36,618 nt of DNA from an uncultured Actinomycetes bacterium. Its GTDB lineage: Bacteria > Actinomycetota > Actinomycetes > Nanopelagicales > Nanopelagicaceae. Positions within the stretch are counted from its first letter, which is position 1. Each line of letters begins with the position of its first letter. The translations under genes were made by a program, and so were the position numbers. Below are positions 1-9,712 of the stretch, piece by piece. The notes beneath the pieces were generated by a model that searched no databases, was not told the DNA's origin, and was given only the letters and a program-made list of their open reading frames with translations. The stretch lies in NCBI GenBank assembly GCA_903820565.1, contig CAIJHZ010000002.1, forward strand, positions 1 to 36,618. The letters run 5' to 3'.

Positions 1-28
1 AATGTTTTTAACTAGAGAGAATTTAGTC

Positions 29-35
29 AAAGGAG
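29..35 (+). promoter_or_regulatory. Shine-Dalgarno site of the ABC ATPase gene
   Basis: AAAGGAG 7 nt before GTG at 43. Confidence 0.75.
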
Positions 36-42
36 ACTTTAA

Positions 43-1548
43 GTGTCAGTAGCAGTTGAACTGCGACACATTACTAAGCGCTTTCCAGGCGTAGTAGCTA
101 ACAAAGATGTTTCGATGAAAGTCGAGACAGGCACAGTCCACGCCCTAGTTGGTGAAAACGGTGCCGGTAAATCTACTGTGATGAAGATTCTTTACGGAAT
201 GCAGCATCCCGATAGTGGCGAGATCTTGGTTAACGGCAAGGCTGTTAATTTGAAGAACCCCAACGATGCGATTGAACTTGGAATTGGTATGGTGCATCAG
301 CACTTCATGTTGGCTGATAACTTCACAGTTCTTGAAAATATAATTCTTGGCGCTGAGCCGCAGCATGGTGTGACGATTGATTTTAAAGCTGCTCGTGCCA
401 AAGTTACTGAAATGTCTAAGGCGTATGGCCTTGATGTAGATCCAGATATTTTGGTGGAAGAACTTGGAGTTGGGCAGCGCCAAAGAGTAGAAATTTTGAA
501 GGTACTTTTTCGCGGCGCAAATATTTTGATTTTTGACGAACCAACAGCTGTTCTGGTCCCACAAGAGGTAGATGATCTGTTTAGCGCTTTACAAGGTCTG
601 CGCGCAAAGGGAATGGCAGTTATTTTTATTTCTCATAAGCTTGACGAAGTGTTACGTGTTGCAGATGATGTGACAGTTGTACGCGCAGGCGAAACTGTTG
701 CCGAGGTCAAAGCTAAAGATGTGACCGCCCGTCAATTGGCAGAGCTCATGGTTGGCAGCGAACTACCTCAGCCAACAACGCACGGAGACACCCGCCGTGC
801 TGAAATAACTTTGGCACTGAAAGATGTTTCGATCCCAACCGCTACCGGCAGCCGTGATTTGATATCGCACATAACTTTCGATTTGCACGCTGGTGAAGTT
901 GTTGGAATCGCAGGTGTTGAAGGAAATGGCCAGGCTGAGCTTGTAGAAGCAATCATGGGGTTGCGCGACTACACGGGTTCAATTGAATTCCATGGCTCAG
1001 CAATTGATCACATGAGCGTGGCCCACCGCCACGATCTAGGTATTGGTTTGATCCCAGAAGACCGCCAACGTCAGGCGTTGATGATGTCATCACCATTATG
1101 GGAGAACCGGATTTTAGGTCACCAACGTGGCAAGCCAGTAATGCGCGGATTTATTGTTGATAAGAAAGCAACTATCGAAGATACAAAGCGCATCATGGAA
1201 GAGTTTGATGTTCGTGCGCCAGGACCAATGACCGCTGCAGCGGCACTTTCTGGTGGAAATCAGCAGAAATTTATTGTTGGCCGCGAAATGAGTAAAGCAC
1301 CAGCATTGCTCGTTGCATCGCACCCAACGCGCGGAGTTGATGTTGGAGCCCAAGGTGCAATTTGGGAAGTACTTCGCGAAGCGCGTACAAAGGGAATGGC
1401 AATAGTTTTGATCTCAGCCGATCTCGAAGAGCTCGTAGGTATGTCTGACAGATTATTTGTAATGTTGCGTGGTGCTTTCACCGCCGAATTAGATCCTCAA
1501 AAAATCACACTTGAGCAGCTTGGCTCAGCGATGACAGGTGCAGCATGA
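43..1548 (+). CDS. Nucleoside/sugar (CUT2-type) ABC transporter ATP-binding protein with tandem ABC domains
   Basis: Walker A GENGAGKS, VHQHF, FDEPT, ISHKL, second-half LSGGNQQK and PTRGVDVG; GTG start with SD AAAGGAG at 29-35; upstream of cdd-deoA-add. Confidence 0.93.
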   Translation: MSVAVELRHITKRFPGVVANKDVSMKVETGTVHALVGENGAGKSTVMKILYGMQHPDSGEILVNGKAVNLKNPNDAIELGIGMVHQHFMLADNFTVLENIILGAEPQHGVTIDFKAARAKVTEMSKAYGLDVDPDILVEELGVGQRQRVEILKVLFRGANILIFDEPTAVLVPQEVDDLFSALQGLRAKGMAVIFISHKLDEVLRVADDVTVVRAGETVAEVKAKDVTARQLAELMVGSELPQPTTHGDTRRAEITLALKDVSIPTATGSRDLISHITFDLHAGEVVGIAGVEGNGQAELVEAIMGLRDYTGSIEFHGSAIDHMSVAHRHDLGIGLIPEDRQRQALMMSSPLWENRILGHQRGKPVMRGFIVDKKATIEDTKRIMEEFDVRAPGPMTAAAALSGGNQQKFIVGREMSKAPALLVASHPTRGVDVGAQGAIWEVLREARTKGMAIVLISADLEELVGMSDRLFVMLRGAFTAELDPQKITLEQLGSAMTGAA

Positions 1549-2648
1549 TTAAAATAACGCCACAGAAAGTCGCGCTAGCAGTTGCTGCACCACTGGCAGC
1601 CGCAGTTGTTTCAATTGTTGTTTCCAGCCTTGCGGTTATGGCATCACATAAGTCACCAATGTTGGCATATAAGACTATGTGGGAGTTTGGCACCCAGGGT
1701 GGCTCGCTCATGGAAATGCTTAACCAAGCGACTCCTTATTACATTGCGGCAATTGCGATTGCGGTTACATTCCGAGCAGGTTTATTTAACATCGGCGTAG
1801 AAGGACAACTTCGTTTAGGTGCATTATTTAGCGCCTATATCGGTGCAATGTTTACTTTGCCACCGGTGCTGCATGTTCTGGCTGTCTTTATCGTTGCAAT
1901 GACCATTGGTGGACTGTGGGCATCAATCGCGGCCTACCTAAAGGTCAAGCGCGGTGTTAATGAAGTTATTTCAACAATTATGTTGAACAGTTTGGCCATT
2001 GGTGTGACCTCGTTCTTATTTTCGAAGTACTTTGCAGTCATCACTGAAGGTTCTAATAACCTTTCAACCAAGGAGCTTCCGAAATCAGCGTGGTTCCCTG
2101 ATTTGGTGCCGCTGCTGACAAAACTTGGAGTACCTGAACAGCCAGGTGGAAGCATCAACGGAATGCTCGTTATTGCGATAGCCCTAGGATTTATTTTCTG
2201 GTTTGTCGTCAATCGCACCCGATTTGGCTTCGAACTCCGTGCATCGGGTGCTAACCCAATTGCCGCTCGAGTCAGCGGAGTTAATTCAAAGAGAATGACA
2301 TTTATCGCACTAGTGATTTCGGGTGCAATTGCTGGACTCTCTGGCTTACCAGCAGTTCTTGGGGAAACACACTCATACAACATGGGATTCCGATCAGGTA
2401 TTGGTTTTTCTGCAATTGCAGTCGCGCTCCTTGGTCGTAACTCTGCAGGCGGTATGGCAGTTAGTGCTTTGCTATTTGGTTTCCTCGAAGTTAGTTCCCG
2501 CTCACTAGAGTTAATTGATATCGCTCCTGAAACATATGTGATCATGCAGGGATCGATCTTGCTTAGCTCGGTAATTGCTTACGAAGTGGTGCGTAGATTC
2601 AAATTAACCTTGCAAAGTAAAGAGCTCGCGAAGGTGGTCACAGCGTGA
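1545..2648 (+). CDS. Nucleoside ABC transporter permease 1 (BPD_transp_2)
   Basis: Multi-TM; GLFNIGVEGQ, NEVISTIMLN, GFELRASGAN motifs; ATGA overlap with the ATPase. Confidence 0.9.
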   Translation: MIKITPQKVALAVAAPLAAAVVSIVVSSLAVMASHKSPMLAYKTMWEFGTQGGSLMEMLNQATPYYIAAIAIAVTFRAGLFNIGVEGQLRLGALFSAYIGAMFTLPPVLHVLAVFIVAMTIGGLWASIAAYLKVKRGVNEVISTIMLNSLAIGVTSFLFSKYFAVITEGSNNLSTKELPKSAWFPDLVPLLTKLGVPEQPGGSINGMLVIAIALGFIFWFVVNRTRFGFELRASGANPIAARVSGVNSKRMTFIALVISGAIAGLSGLPAVLGETHSYNMGFRSGIGFSAIAVALLGRNSAGGMAVSALLFGFLEVSSRSLELIDIAPETYVIMQGSILLSSVIAYEVVRRFKLTLQSKELAKVVTA

Positions 2649-3880
2649 AAATTAAAGCCACACAGTTGTTATTGAATGGAACATATCTACTGTTGCTCAT
2701 TTCAATTATTCGATTGATCACAGGAGCAACAGACTTAACAAGCGTAGGTACGGCATCGGCTGCATTATTGCTCTCGGTTCCGATTATTTTGGCAGGACTC
2801 GGCGGTCTGTTCTCAGAGCGCGCAGGTGTCGTCAATATTGGTCTCGAAGGAATGATGATTTTGGGTGCATGGGCCGGTGGTTTTGTAGGCTCTAAGCACG
2901 GTCCCTGGCTTGGATTAATTGCGGCGGTGTTCTTTGGTGCAGTTGGTGCACTGTTACATGCAATTGCAACTATTTCATTTGGCGTGGACCATGTTGTATC
3001 AGGCGTTGCAATCAATATTATTGCAGCTGGATTAGTTCGCTACCTTTCAACAATTTTGTATCAGGGTGGCTCATGGCCAGGTCCGTCACAATCCCCAGAT
3101 GTAAATCCAATCTCAGTAAATGGATTACCTGTTCTTTCCGGCGGTCACTTTTTTGGGTGGGACAGTCCTGATATTTTGACTCCCATCGCTGAAAAACACT
3201 GGTTTTTGATCTCAGACTTCATTGGAATCCTTCGAGGAATCACAGGTGATCTTTCATACGTAACCTTTATCGCCGTTCTAATGATTCCGCTAGCGTTCTT
3301 TATTTTGTGGAAGACATCATTTGGTTTGCGACTTCGTAGTGCTGGCGAAGCACCCGTTGCTGCCGAGTCACTAGGTGTAAATGTTTATGCCATGAAGTAT
3401 GCAGGTGTATTAATTTCAGGTGGGCTTGCAGGTCTTGGTGGTGGCTTCTTAGCGATCGTTGCTGCCAACCATTATCAAGAAAACCAAGTAGCAGGTCGTG
3501 GATATATCGGCCTTGCTGCTCTGTTGTTTGGTAATTACCGCCCAGGCGGAATATTGGCTGGTGCTGTGCTCTTTGGCTTTGCAGATGCTTTACAGCTTCG
3601 TGATTCTGCATCAATCCATGCACTCATCTTGCTGATCGCAACCATTCTTGGATATTTGGTCTATCGGGATATAAAGCGGGGCAAGATGCTAAGCGCATCC
3701 ATAAGTGCAGTTATGTCTGCAGGATCTGTGTGGTTCTTCTTTGCCGTTGAAGAGCTTCCTGGCCAATTAGTGACCATGACTCCTTACATTGCGACCCTGC
3801 TAGTTATGTCCTTGGCGTCGCAGCGATTGCGCATGCCTGCTGCTGATGGAATGCCATACCGTCGAGGTGGATTGCGATGA
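2645..3880 (+). CDS. Nucleoside ABC transporter permease 2 (BPD_transp_2)
   Basis: Multi-TM; SERAGVVNIGLEGMM, GLRLRSAGE, GRGYIGLAA motifs; GTGA overlap. Confidence 0.9.
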   Translation: MKIKATQLLLNGTYLLLLISIIRLITGATDLTSVGTASAALLLSVPIILAGLGGLFSERAGVVNIGLEGMMILGAWAGGFVGSKHGPWLGLIAAVFFGAVGALLHAIATISFGVDHVVSGVAINIIAAGLVRYLSTILYQGGSWPGPSQSPDVNPISVNGLPVLSGGHFFGWDSPDILTPIAEKHWFLISDFIGILRGITGDLSYVTFIAVLMIPLAFFILWKTSFGLRLRSAGEAPVAAESLGVNVYAMKYAGVLISGGLAGLGGGFLAIVAANHYQENQVAGRGYIGLAALLFGNYRPGGILAGAVLFGFADALQLRDSASIHALILLIATILGYLVYRDIKRGKMLSASISAVMSAGSVWFFFAVEELPGQLVTMTPYIATLLVMSLASQRLRMPAADGMPYRRGGLR

Positions 3881-4278
3881 CCCAGATCAATTGGGATCAG
3901 ATTCATCAAGCAGCAATTGGTGCTATGAAGAATGCCTATGCACCATACTCAAAGTTTCCAGTAGGTGTTGCAGCACTTGTAAGTGATGGGCGCATCGCAA
4001 CAGGATGCAATGTTGAAAACGCAAGTTATGGTGTTGGCCTGTGCGCAGAGTGTGGATTAGTTTCAAATCTAATTTCTACAGGTGGCGGACGATTAATTGC
4101 CGTGGTCTGCGTCGATGGACAAGGAAACTTTTTGGCACCTTGTGGACGTTGTCGCCAATTGTTATTTGAACATGGTGGACCAGAGGCATTACTGATGACA
4201 GATGATGGACCACAGAAAATGTCTGCCATGTTGCCCTGGGCATTTGGCCCAGATGATCTAGACCGCAACGAGCGCTAA
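3877..4278 (+). CDS. cdd: Cytidine deaminase (homotetrameric, 3-Cys Zn type)
   Basis: AYAPYSKFPVG, GCNVENASY, CAEC, PCGRCRQ. Confidence 0.96.
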   Translation: MTQINWDQIHQAAIGAMKNAYAPYSKFPVGVAALVSDGRIATGCNVENASYGVGLCAECGLVSNLISTGGGRLIAVVCVDGQGNFLAPCGRCRQLLFEHGGPEALLMTDDGPQKMSAMLPWAFGPDDLDRNER

Positions 4279-5574
4279 GTGATTGAAGCCTTTTCAGCCG
4301 CTGAAATCATTGCGGCAAAGCGAGATCACCATTCATTAACCGATCCGCAGATTGACTGGGTCATTGATGCCTACACACGTGGCGCTGTTGCCGACGAGCA
4401 AATGTCTGCGTTATTGATGGCGATCTTGCTGAACGGTATGGAAAATCGTGAGATTTCGCGTTGGACCGATGCCATGATCAATAGCGGCGAACGCATGAAT
4501 TGGTCAGCGTTATCACGTCCTACGGTAGATAAGCATTCAACTGGTGGCGTTGGTGACAAAATTACATTGCCGTTAGCACCATTGGTTGCAGCATGCGGTG
4601 CCGCAATTCCGCAATTGTCAGGGCGCGGACTTGGTCACACGGGTGGAACTTTAGATAAATTAGAATCAATTCCAGGGTGGAGAGCAGCTTTATCAAATGA
4701 AGAAATGCTTAAAGTTTTACTGGATTGTGGTGCTGTTATTTGTGCAGCGGGTGCAGGTTTAGCTCCTGCAGATAAAAAACTGTATGCACTACGTGATGTG
4801 ACTGCAACCGTTGAAGCAATTCCTCTCATTGCATCATCGATCATGAGCAAAAAAATTGCCGAAGGAACCAGCGCACTTGTACTTGATGTAAAAACAGGTG
4901 CTGGTGCATTTATGAGCGATCCAGAAAAAGCAAAAGAGTTAGCACATGTAATGGTGGGATTGGGAAAACGTGCAGGCGTTAACACAGTTGCACTAGTTAC
5001 CGCGATGGATGTTCCATTGGGATTAACCGCTGGTAACGCGCTGGAAGTTCGTGAATCGGTAGAGGTACTAGCCGGTGGGGGACCTTCAGATATCGTCGAA
5101 TTAACAGTTCTACTTGCGCGCGAAATGTTGGAACTTGTTGGAATAAAGGATGCAGACCCTGCTGCTGCGTTGAAAAATGGAAAAGCAATGGATGTCTGGC
5201 GTCAGATGATTTCGGCCCAAGGCGGAGATCCCGATGCAAAACTTCCGGTTGCTAAAGAAAATACGGTTGTCACAGCAGATCGCGCTGGAACAATTCTTTC
5301 CATGGATGCGATGAAGGTTGGAATGGCAGCTTGGCGTTTAGGTGCTGGGCGTTCTCGCCAGGGTGAAGCGGTTCAGGCAGGGGCTGGCATTGAAATTCAC
5401 GCCAAACCAGGAGAGATAGTGAGCGCAGGATCCCCGCTATACACGCTCCATACAGACACTCCCGCCGCATTTGCCAGGGCTTTGGAGTCTCTGGAGAACT
5501 CTGTAACTATCGGAGCAGTACCTGCCGGCGGTATAGATCGTCTGCCGTTAATTATTGAACGTATCGTTGATTAA
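4279..5574 (+). CDS. deoA: Thymidine/pyrimidine-nucleoside phosphorylase
   Basis: DKHSTGGVGDK, SGRGLGHTGGTLDKLESIPG, LYALRDVTAT, SIMSKK. Confidence 0.96.
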   Translation: MIEAFSAAEIIAAKRDHHSLTDPQIDWVIDAYTRGAVADEQMSALLMAILLNGMENREISRWTDAMINSGERMNWSALSRPTVDKHSTGGVGDKITLPLAPLVAACGAAIPQLSGRGLGHTGGTLDKLESIPGWRAALSNEEMLKVLLDCGAVICAAGAGLAPADKKLYALRDVTATVEAIPLIASSIMSKKIAEGTSALVLDVKTGAGAFMSDPEKAKELAHVMVGLGKRAGVNTVALVTAMDVPLGLTAGNALEVRESVEVLAGGGPSDIVELTVLLAREMLELVGIKDADPAAALKNGKAMDVWRQMISAQGGDPDAKLPVAKENTVVTADRAGTILSMDAMKVGMAAWRLGAGRSRQGEAVQAGAGIEIHAKPGEIVSAGSPLYTLHTDTPAAFARALESLENSVTIGAVPAGGIDRLPLIIERIVD

Positions 5575-5586
5575 GGGGCACAGAAA

Positions 5587-6684
5587 ATGTCAATGAACAG
5601 TATTCCTACAAAGGATCAGATCAAGCTGGTGCCAAAGGTCTTGCTGCATGATCACCTTGATGGTGGGCTGCGACCACAAACAATTATTGATATCGCCCAA
5701 GAGATCGGTTACACCGCTCTTCCTACTCATGATGCCGCAGAGCTTGCAACATGGTTCCGCGAAAGTTGTGATTCAGGATCGTTAGTTCGATACCTTGAAA
5801 CTTTTTCTCACACGATTGCTGTGATGCAACGGCGAGAAGACATCATTCGTGTTGCCCGCGAATGCGCACTTGACCTTGCTCGAGATGGAGTTGTGTACGC
5901 CGAAGTTCGAGGTGCACCTGAGTTATTTACGGGTCAAGGTTTATCAATGTCAGATGTTGTTGAAGCAACAATTGCCGGTTATGAGATTGGAATGAAAGAG
6001 GCCGCTGCCGAAGGTCATCCAATAGTTGTGCGCTCGCTGCTCTGTGGAATGCGTCAAAATAAGAATTCGCAAGAGGTTGCCGAACTAGTTGTTAAGTATC
6101 GAGACAAGGGAGTTGTTGGATTTGATATCGCTGGCCCTGAAGATGGTTTTCCGCCATCTGATCAAAAAGATACTTTTGATTATCTTCGTAAAGAAGATGC
6201 CCATTTTACTATCCATGCTGGTGAAGCGTATGGAATCCCGTCAATCTGGGAAGCAATCCAACTGTGTGGTGCCGAAAGACTAGGTCACGGTGTTCGAATC
6301 ATTGATGACATCGATTTTTCTGGCCCTGAACCAAAGCTAGGTCGACTTGCATCCTATGTTCGCGATCGTCGTATTCCACTTGAGCTGTGCCCAACTTCAA
6401 ATCTTCAGACAGGGGCGGCGGCAAGTTATGCTGAACATCCAATTGGAACATTAGCCAAGCTTCGTTTTCGGGTAACTCTTAATACCGATAACCGTTTAAT
6501 GAGCCAAACCTCTATGTCTTTTGAGATGGAAGAGGCGGTCAAAGCTTTTAATTGGGATTTTGCAGAGCTACAAAGACTCACTATTAACGCTATGAAGAGC
6601 GCGTTTATCCCTTATCCAGAACGTTTAACTATCATCGATCAGCTCATCAAGCCAGGGTATGCAAAGGTTTCAGCTAGTTCATGA
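5587..6684 (+). CDS. add: Adenosine deaminase
   Basis: LHDHLDG, HAGE, RLGHG, ELCPTSN, NTDN metal/catalytic motifs; actinobacterial cdd-deoA-add order. Confidence 0.95.
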   Translation: MSMNSIPTKDQIKLVPKVLLHDHLDGGLRPQTIIDIAQEIGYTALPTHDAAELATWFRESCDSGSLVRYLETFSHTIAVMQRREDIIRVARECALDLARDGVVYAEVRGAPELFTGQGLSMSDVVEATIAGYEIGMKEAAAEGHPIVVRSLLCGMRQNKNSQEVAELVVKYRDKGVVGFDIAGPEDGFPPSDQKDTFDYLRKEDAHFTIHAGEAYGIPSIWEAIQLCGAERLGHGVRIIDDIDFSGPEPKLGRLASYVRDRRIPLELCPTSNLQTGAAASYAEHPIGTLAKLRFRVTLNTDNRLMSQTSMSFEMEEAVKAFNWDFAELQRLTINAMKSAFIPYPERLTIIDQLIKPGYAKVSASS

Positions 6685-7865
6685 TTGATTTTAACGACCC
6701 AGCCTTAGTATCTAACCCATATCCAGCGCTGAAAGAACTTCGTGCGGCAGGACAGCCTGTGTGGCACGAAGGAATGCAGATGTTTCTAGCTGCCCGCCAT
6801 GTTGATGCTAATGATGTCTTTCGTAACAAATCACTAGGCAGAATTTTCAAGGAAAAGAGCCCAGAGTTTGAATGGGAAATTTTTAACTGGCTACACGCTG
6901 ATTCGATTTTAGATAGCGAGCCACCTAAACACACCAGACTTCGATCACTTGTGGCAAAAGCTTTTAATCGTCAAAAGATCGAAGGCATGCGCCCTGCCGT
7001 AGAGCGAATTACCGAGCAACTACTTGATGCAATTGATGAAAAAGTTAAGTCAGGTCAGACATTTGACTTAATCGCAGATTACGCCGAGCCATTGCCTGTC
7101 AAAATCATCGCCGACCTATTGGGTTTTCCAGAATCTGAGGAGCATTTGCTTCGACCTTGGTCACAAGCGATTGTAAAGATGTATGAGGTAAATCCAAGTG
7201 TGCAATACCAAAGCGAAGCAAAAGTAGCGGCGCGAGAGTTTGCTGATTATGTTCGTGATTTAGCGGAAAGTCGCAAGAAGACACCAGGTGCAGATTTGAT
7301 TTCCGATCTTGCATCCGTTGAAGAAAATGGCGAGAAGTTAAACATGCACGAACTTGTTGCTACCTGCGTGCTGCTTCTCAATGCTGGACACGAGGCAAGT
7401 GTTAATGCTTTTGGTAATGGAATGGTCGCAGCTCTGCAGCGTCCAGATCAAGTTGCCTTACTGCGCGAAAATCCTCGTGGCATTACCGACACCGCCCTTG
7501 AAGAGTTCATGCGTTTTGATGCACCTCTTCATTTGTTTGAACGTACCGCCACAGCAGATACCGAGCTTGGGGGAGTACACATTAAAGAGGGGCAAAAGAT
7601 CGCCGCCCTCATTGGCTCTGCAAACCGTGATGAAACAGTCTTTTCCAGCCCTGAAACGATGGATTTAACCCGTGATCCAAACCCTCATATTGGCTTTGGT
7701 GCAGGAATTCACTTCTGCTTAGGCGCACCATTGGCTCGACTAGAAATGAGCGTTTCCTTACCTGCGTTGTGGGAAAAATACCCATCCATGCAGTTGGCGG
7801 GCGATGCCGTTCGCAGACCTACCTTTGTTTTACGTGGTTATGAAAGTGTTGCTATCTCCGCCTGA
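6681..7865 (+). CDS. Cytochrome P450 (CYP107P-like by recalled similarity), substrate unknown
   Basis: PPKHTRLR, I-helix [14 protein letters not shown] (ExxR), heme motif [10 protein letters not shown]; ATGA overlap with add. Confidence 0.95.
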   Translation: MIDFNDPALVSNPYPALKELRAAGQPVWHEGMQMFLAARHVDANDVFRNKSLGRIFKEKSPEFEWEIFNWLHADSILDSEPPKHTRLRSLVAKAFNRQKIEGMRPAVERITEQLLDAIDEKVKSGQTFDLIADYAEPLPVKIIADLLGFPESEEHLLRPWSQAIVKMYEVNPSVQYQSEAKVAAREFADYVRDLAESRKKTPGADLISDLASVEENGEKLNMHELVATCVLLLNAGHEASVNAFGNGMVAALQRPDQVALLRENPRGITDTALEEFMRFDAPLHLFERTATADTELGGVHIKEGQKIAALIGSANRDETVFSSPETMDLTRDPNPHIGFGAGIHFCLGAPLARLEMSVSLPALWEKYPSMQLAGDAVRRPTFVLRGYESVAISA

Positions 7866-8749
7866 TCTGGATACGAAGATTGTGCACCTTTTCGCGTAAC
7901 ACTTAACGATGCAACCTTTACTCCCATTGACATTGCACTAACTGGATCTTTGCCACTAGCAAGGGCATATGCGAATGTTCCAACAAAGGCATCGCCTGCG
8001 CCCGTTGTATCTACTGCCGTGACCTTAGGTGCTTCGACTTTAGTTAATTGAGTATCAGGTGAAATGTAGACTGCACCTTGTCGGCCAAGGGTCACGATTG
8101 AATTCTTACGGGACCTAAAGTTTTTTAGAACTTCGTCACTAGTTGGAAGTTCTCCATGTAGTTCGCGAAATTCTGTTTCATTAGGAATGATCCAATCAGT
8201 CACGGCCATGAGTTCGGGCGAAATCTCTTGAAATGGAGCAGGGTTTAGAATAGTTGTACAACCTCGAGACTTAGCAGCTTTGAATGCAGCTAAAGTTACC
8301 TCTTGTTTGATTTCACATTGAGCGACTACAACTGCAAGATCTTTGATTGACTCTATTGCCTCTACCGCCTTGACGACTTCAATCTCGTGATTAGCTCCAG
8401 GAATAATAATGATTCGATTTTCACCATTGCCATCAACCCAAATATGAGCAATTCCAGTTGGAGTTTCGCTTCGATCTAGGTATTTGGCATGAATCCCAAC
8501 TTTTGCAAAGTTTTCTTCAATTGCTTTTCCGAAGACATCGATTCCGATCTTGCCTATAAAGTGAACTTCAGCGCCACAGTGCGCGGCCATAACCGCTTGG
8601 TTGGCACCTTTTCCACCAAAACCTGTTGTAAAGAGTTGACCCGCTAAGGTTTGGCCCGGTTCAGGCAAAACATCGGCATAGGCGGTTAAATCCATCATCG
8701 CGCTGCCTACAACTGCAATAACGCCAGACTTGATTCCATTAGCCGTCAT
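7838..8749 (-). CDS. rbsK: Ribokinase/deoxyribokinase (PfkB family)
   Basis: GGKGANQA, NPAP, PNETE, DTTGAGDAF. Confidence 0.9.
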   Translation of the reverse strand: MTANGIKSGVIAVVGSAMMDLTAYADVLPEPGQTLAGQLFTTGFGGKGANQAVMAAHCGAEVHFIGKIGIDVFGKAIEENFAKVGIHAKYLDRSETPTGIAHIWVDGNGENRIIIIPGANHEIEVVKAVEAIESIKDLAVVVAQCEIKQEVTLAAFKAAKSRGCTTILNPAPFQEISPELMAVTDWIIPNETEFRELHGELPTSDEVLKNFRSRKNSIVTLGRQGAVYISPDTQLTKVEAPKVTAVDTTGAGDAFVGTFAYALASGKDPVSAMSMGVKVASLSVTRKGAQSSYPDQAEIATLS

Positions 8750-8767
8750 AGCAGTAGGCTAGCCGTT
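8750..8767. promoter_or_regulatory. Putative bidirectional leaderless promoter with overlapping -10 hexamers
   Basis: + strand TAGGCT (8755-8760)-7 nt-ATG 8768; - strand TAGCCT (8761-8756)-6 nt-ATG 8749; no SD for either gene. Confidence 0.75.
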
Positions 8768-9712
8768 ATGAGCAAAACTTCAATCATTATGGATGTAGAT
8801 ACCGGCGCAGATGATGCTTTTGCAGTTTTGTTTGCTGCGATGCATCCAGATATCAACTTACTCGGAATTACCTGCGTCGATGGCAACACCAATATCGATC
8901 AAGTTGTTGCTAATACATTTAAAGTCTTGGATGCTGCAGGTGCTGGAGATATCCCAGTTGCACGAGGTGCGGTTCGCCCACTATTAGGTAAGAGCCAGTA
9001 CGCAGAGTATGTCCACGGTAAAGATGGAATGTGTGATTTGGGTATTGCACCATCACATCGCACAGTTGATCCCCGCTCTGCAGTCGAACTACTCCGTGAC
9101 TTAATTGAGTCATCAGCAGACCCCGTAACAATCGTCCCGATTGCACCATTAACAAACATCGCACTTTTCCTTAGAGCATTTCCAGAAACAGCTAAAAAGA
9201 TCCATCGCATCGTCTTGATGGGCGGTTCGGCATCTGCTGGTAATGCAACAGCTGCTGCAGAATTTAATGTGTGGCACGATCCTGAAGCCGCTGCAATTGT
9301 TTTCCAAAGCGGAGTTCCTATTTCGATGTATGGACTAGATGTATTTATGCGTCCGACGATTGGACGCGAAGTTGCAACAACCATGAGTACATCAGAAAAA
9401 CTTGCTACGCAATTTGCTGGATCGTTAGCACTTGGATTTATGGAGCAGGTTAAAACTGATCCAATCTCATTGGGTGATTATGGGGCCGTAGCCTTGGTCA
9501 TTCATCCAGAGTTATTTACAACAGAAATGTTTGATGTTGTTGTAGATACATCAGCCGGACCGGCACGAGGTCAAACACTCGTTGATCGGCGAGATGCTTG
9601 GCTAAAGCAGTTAGAGCCGCTAGACCTAGAAGATTCCGCGAAGGTTCGCGTCGCCCTAGATTTAGATGTTGATGCCGTCGTGAAATTGTGGTTAAAAACC
9701 GTTAATTCATAG
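8768..9712 (+). CDS. Nucleoside hydrolase (IU-NH/Rih family)
   Basis: DVDTGADD (DxDxxxDD), GNT, VHGKDG, PLTNIA, AEFNVWHDPEAA. Confidence 0.93.
   Translation: MSKTSIIMDVDTGADDAFAVLFAAMHPDINLLGITCVDGNTNIDQVVANTFKVLDAAGAGDIPVARGAVRPLLGKSQYAEYVHGKDGMCDLGIAPSHRTVDPRSAVELLRDLIESSADPVTIVPIAPLTNIALFLRAFPETAKKIHRIVLMGGSASAGNATAAAEFNVWHDPEAAAIVFQSGVPISMYGLDVFMRPTIGREVATTMSTSEKLATQFAGSLALGFMEQVKTDPISLGDYGAVALVIHPELFTTEMFDVVVDTSAGPARGQTLVDRRDAWLKQLEPLDLEDSAKVRVALDLDVDAVVKLWLKTVNS

Noticed and set aside
10-42. Weak hairpins near the first SD (AAAG-GAGA-CTTT) as a riboswitch or attenuator
   Set aside because: Stems are too short and upstream context is missing; the binding-protein gene probably lies just outside the window
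1934-2545. 203-aa antisense ORF
   Set aside because: Shadow of the permease gene; no motifs or start signals
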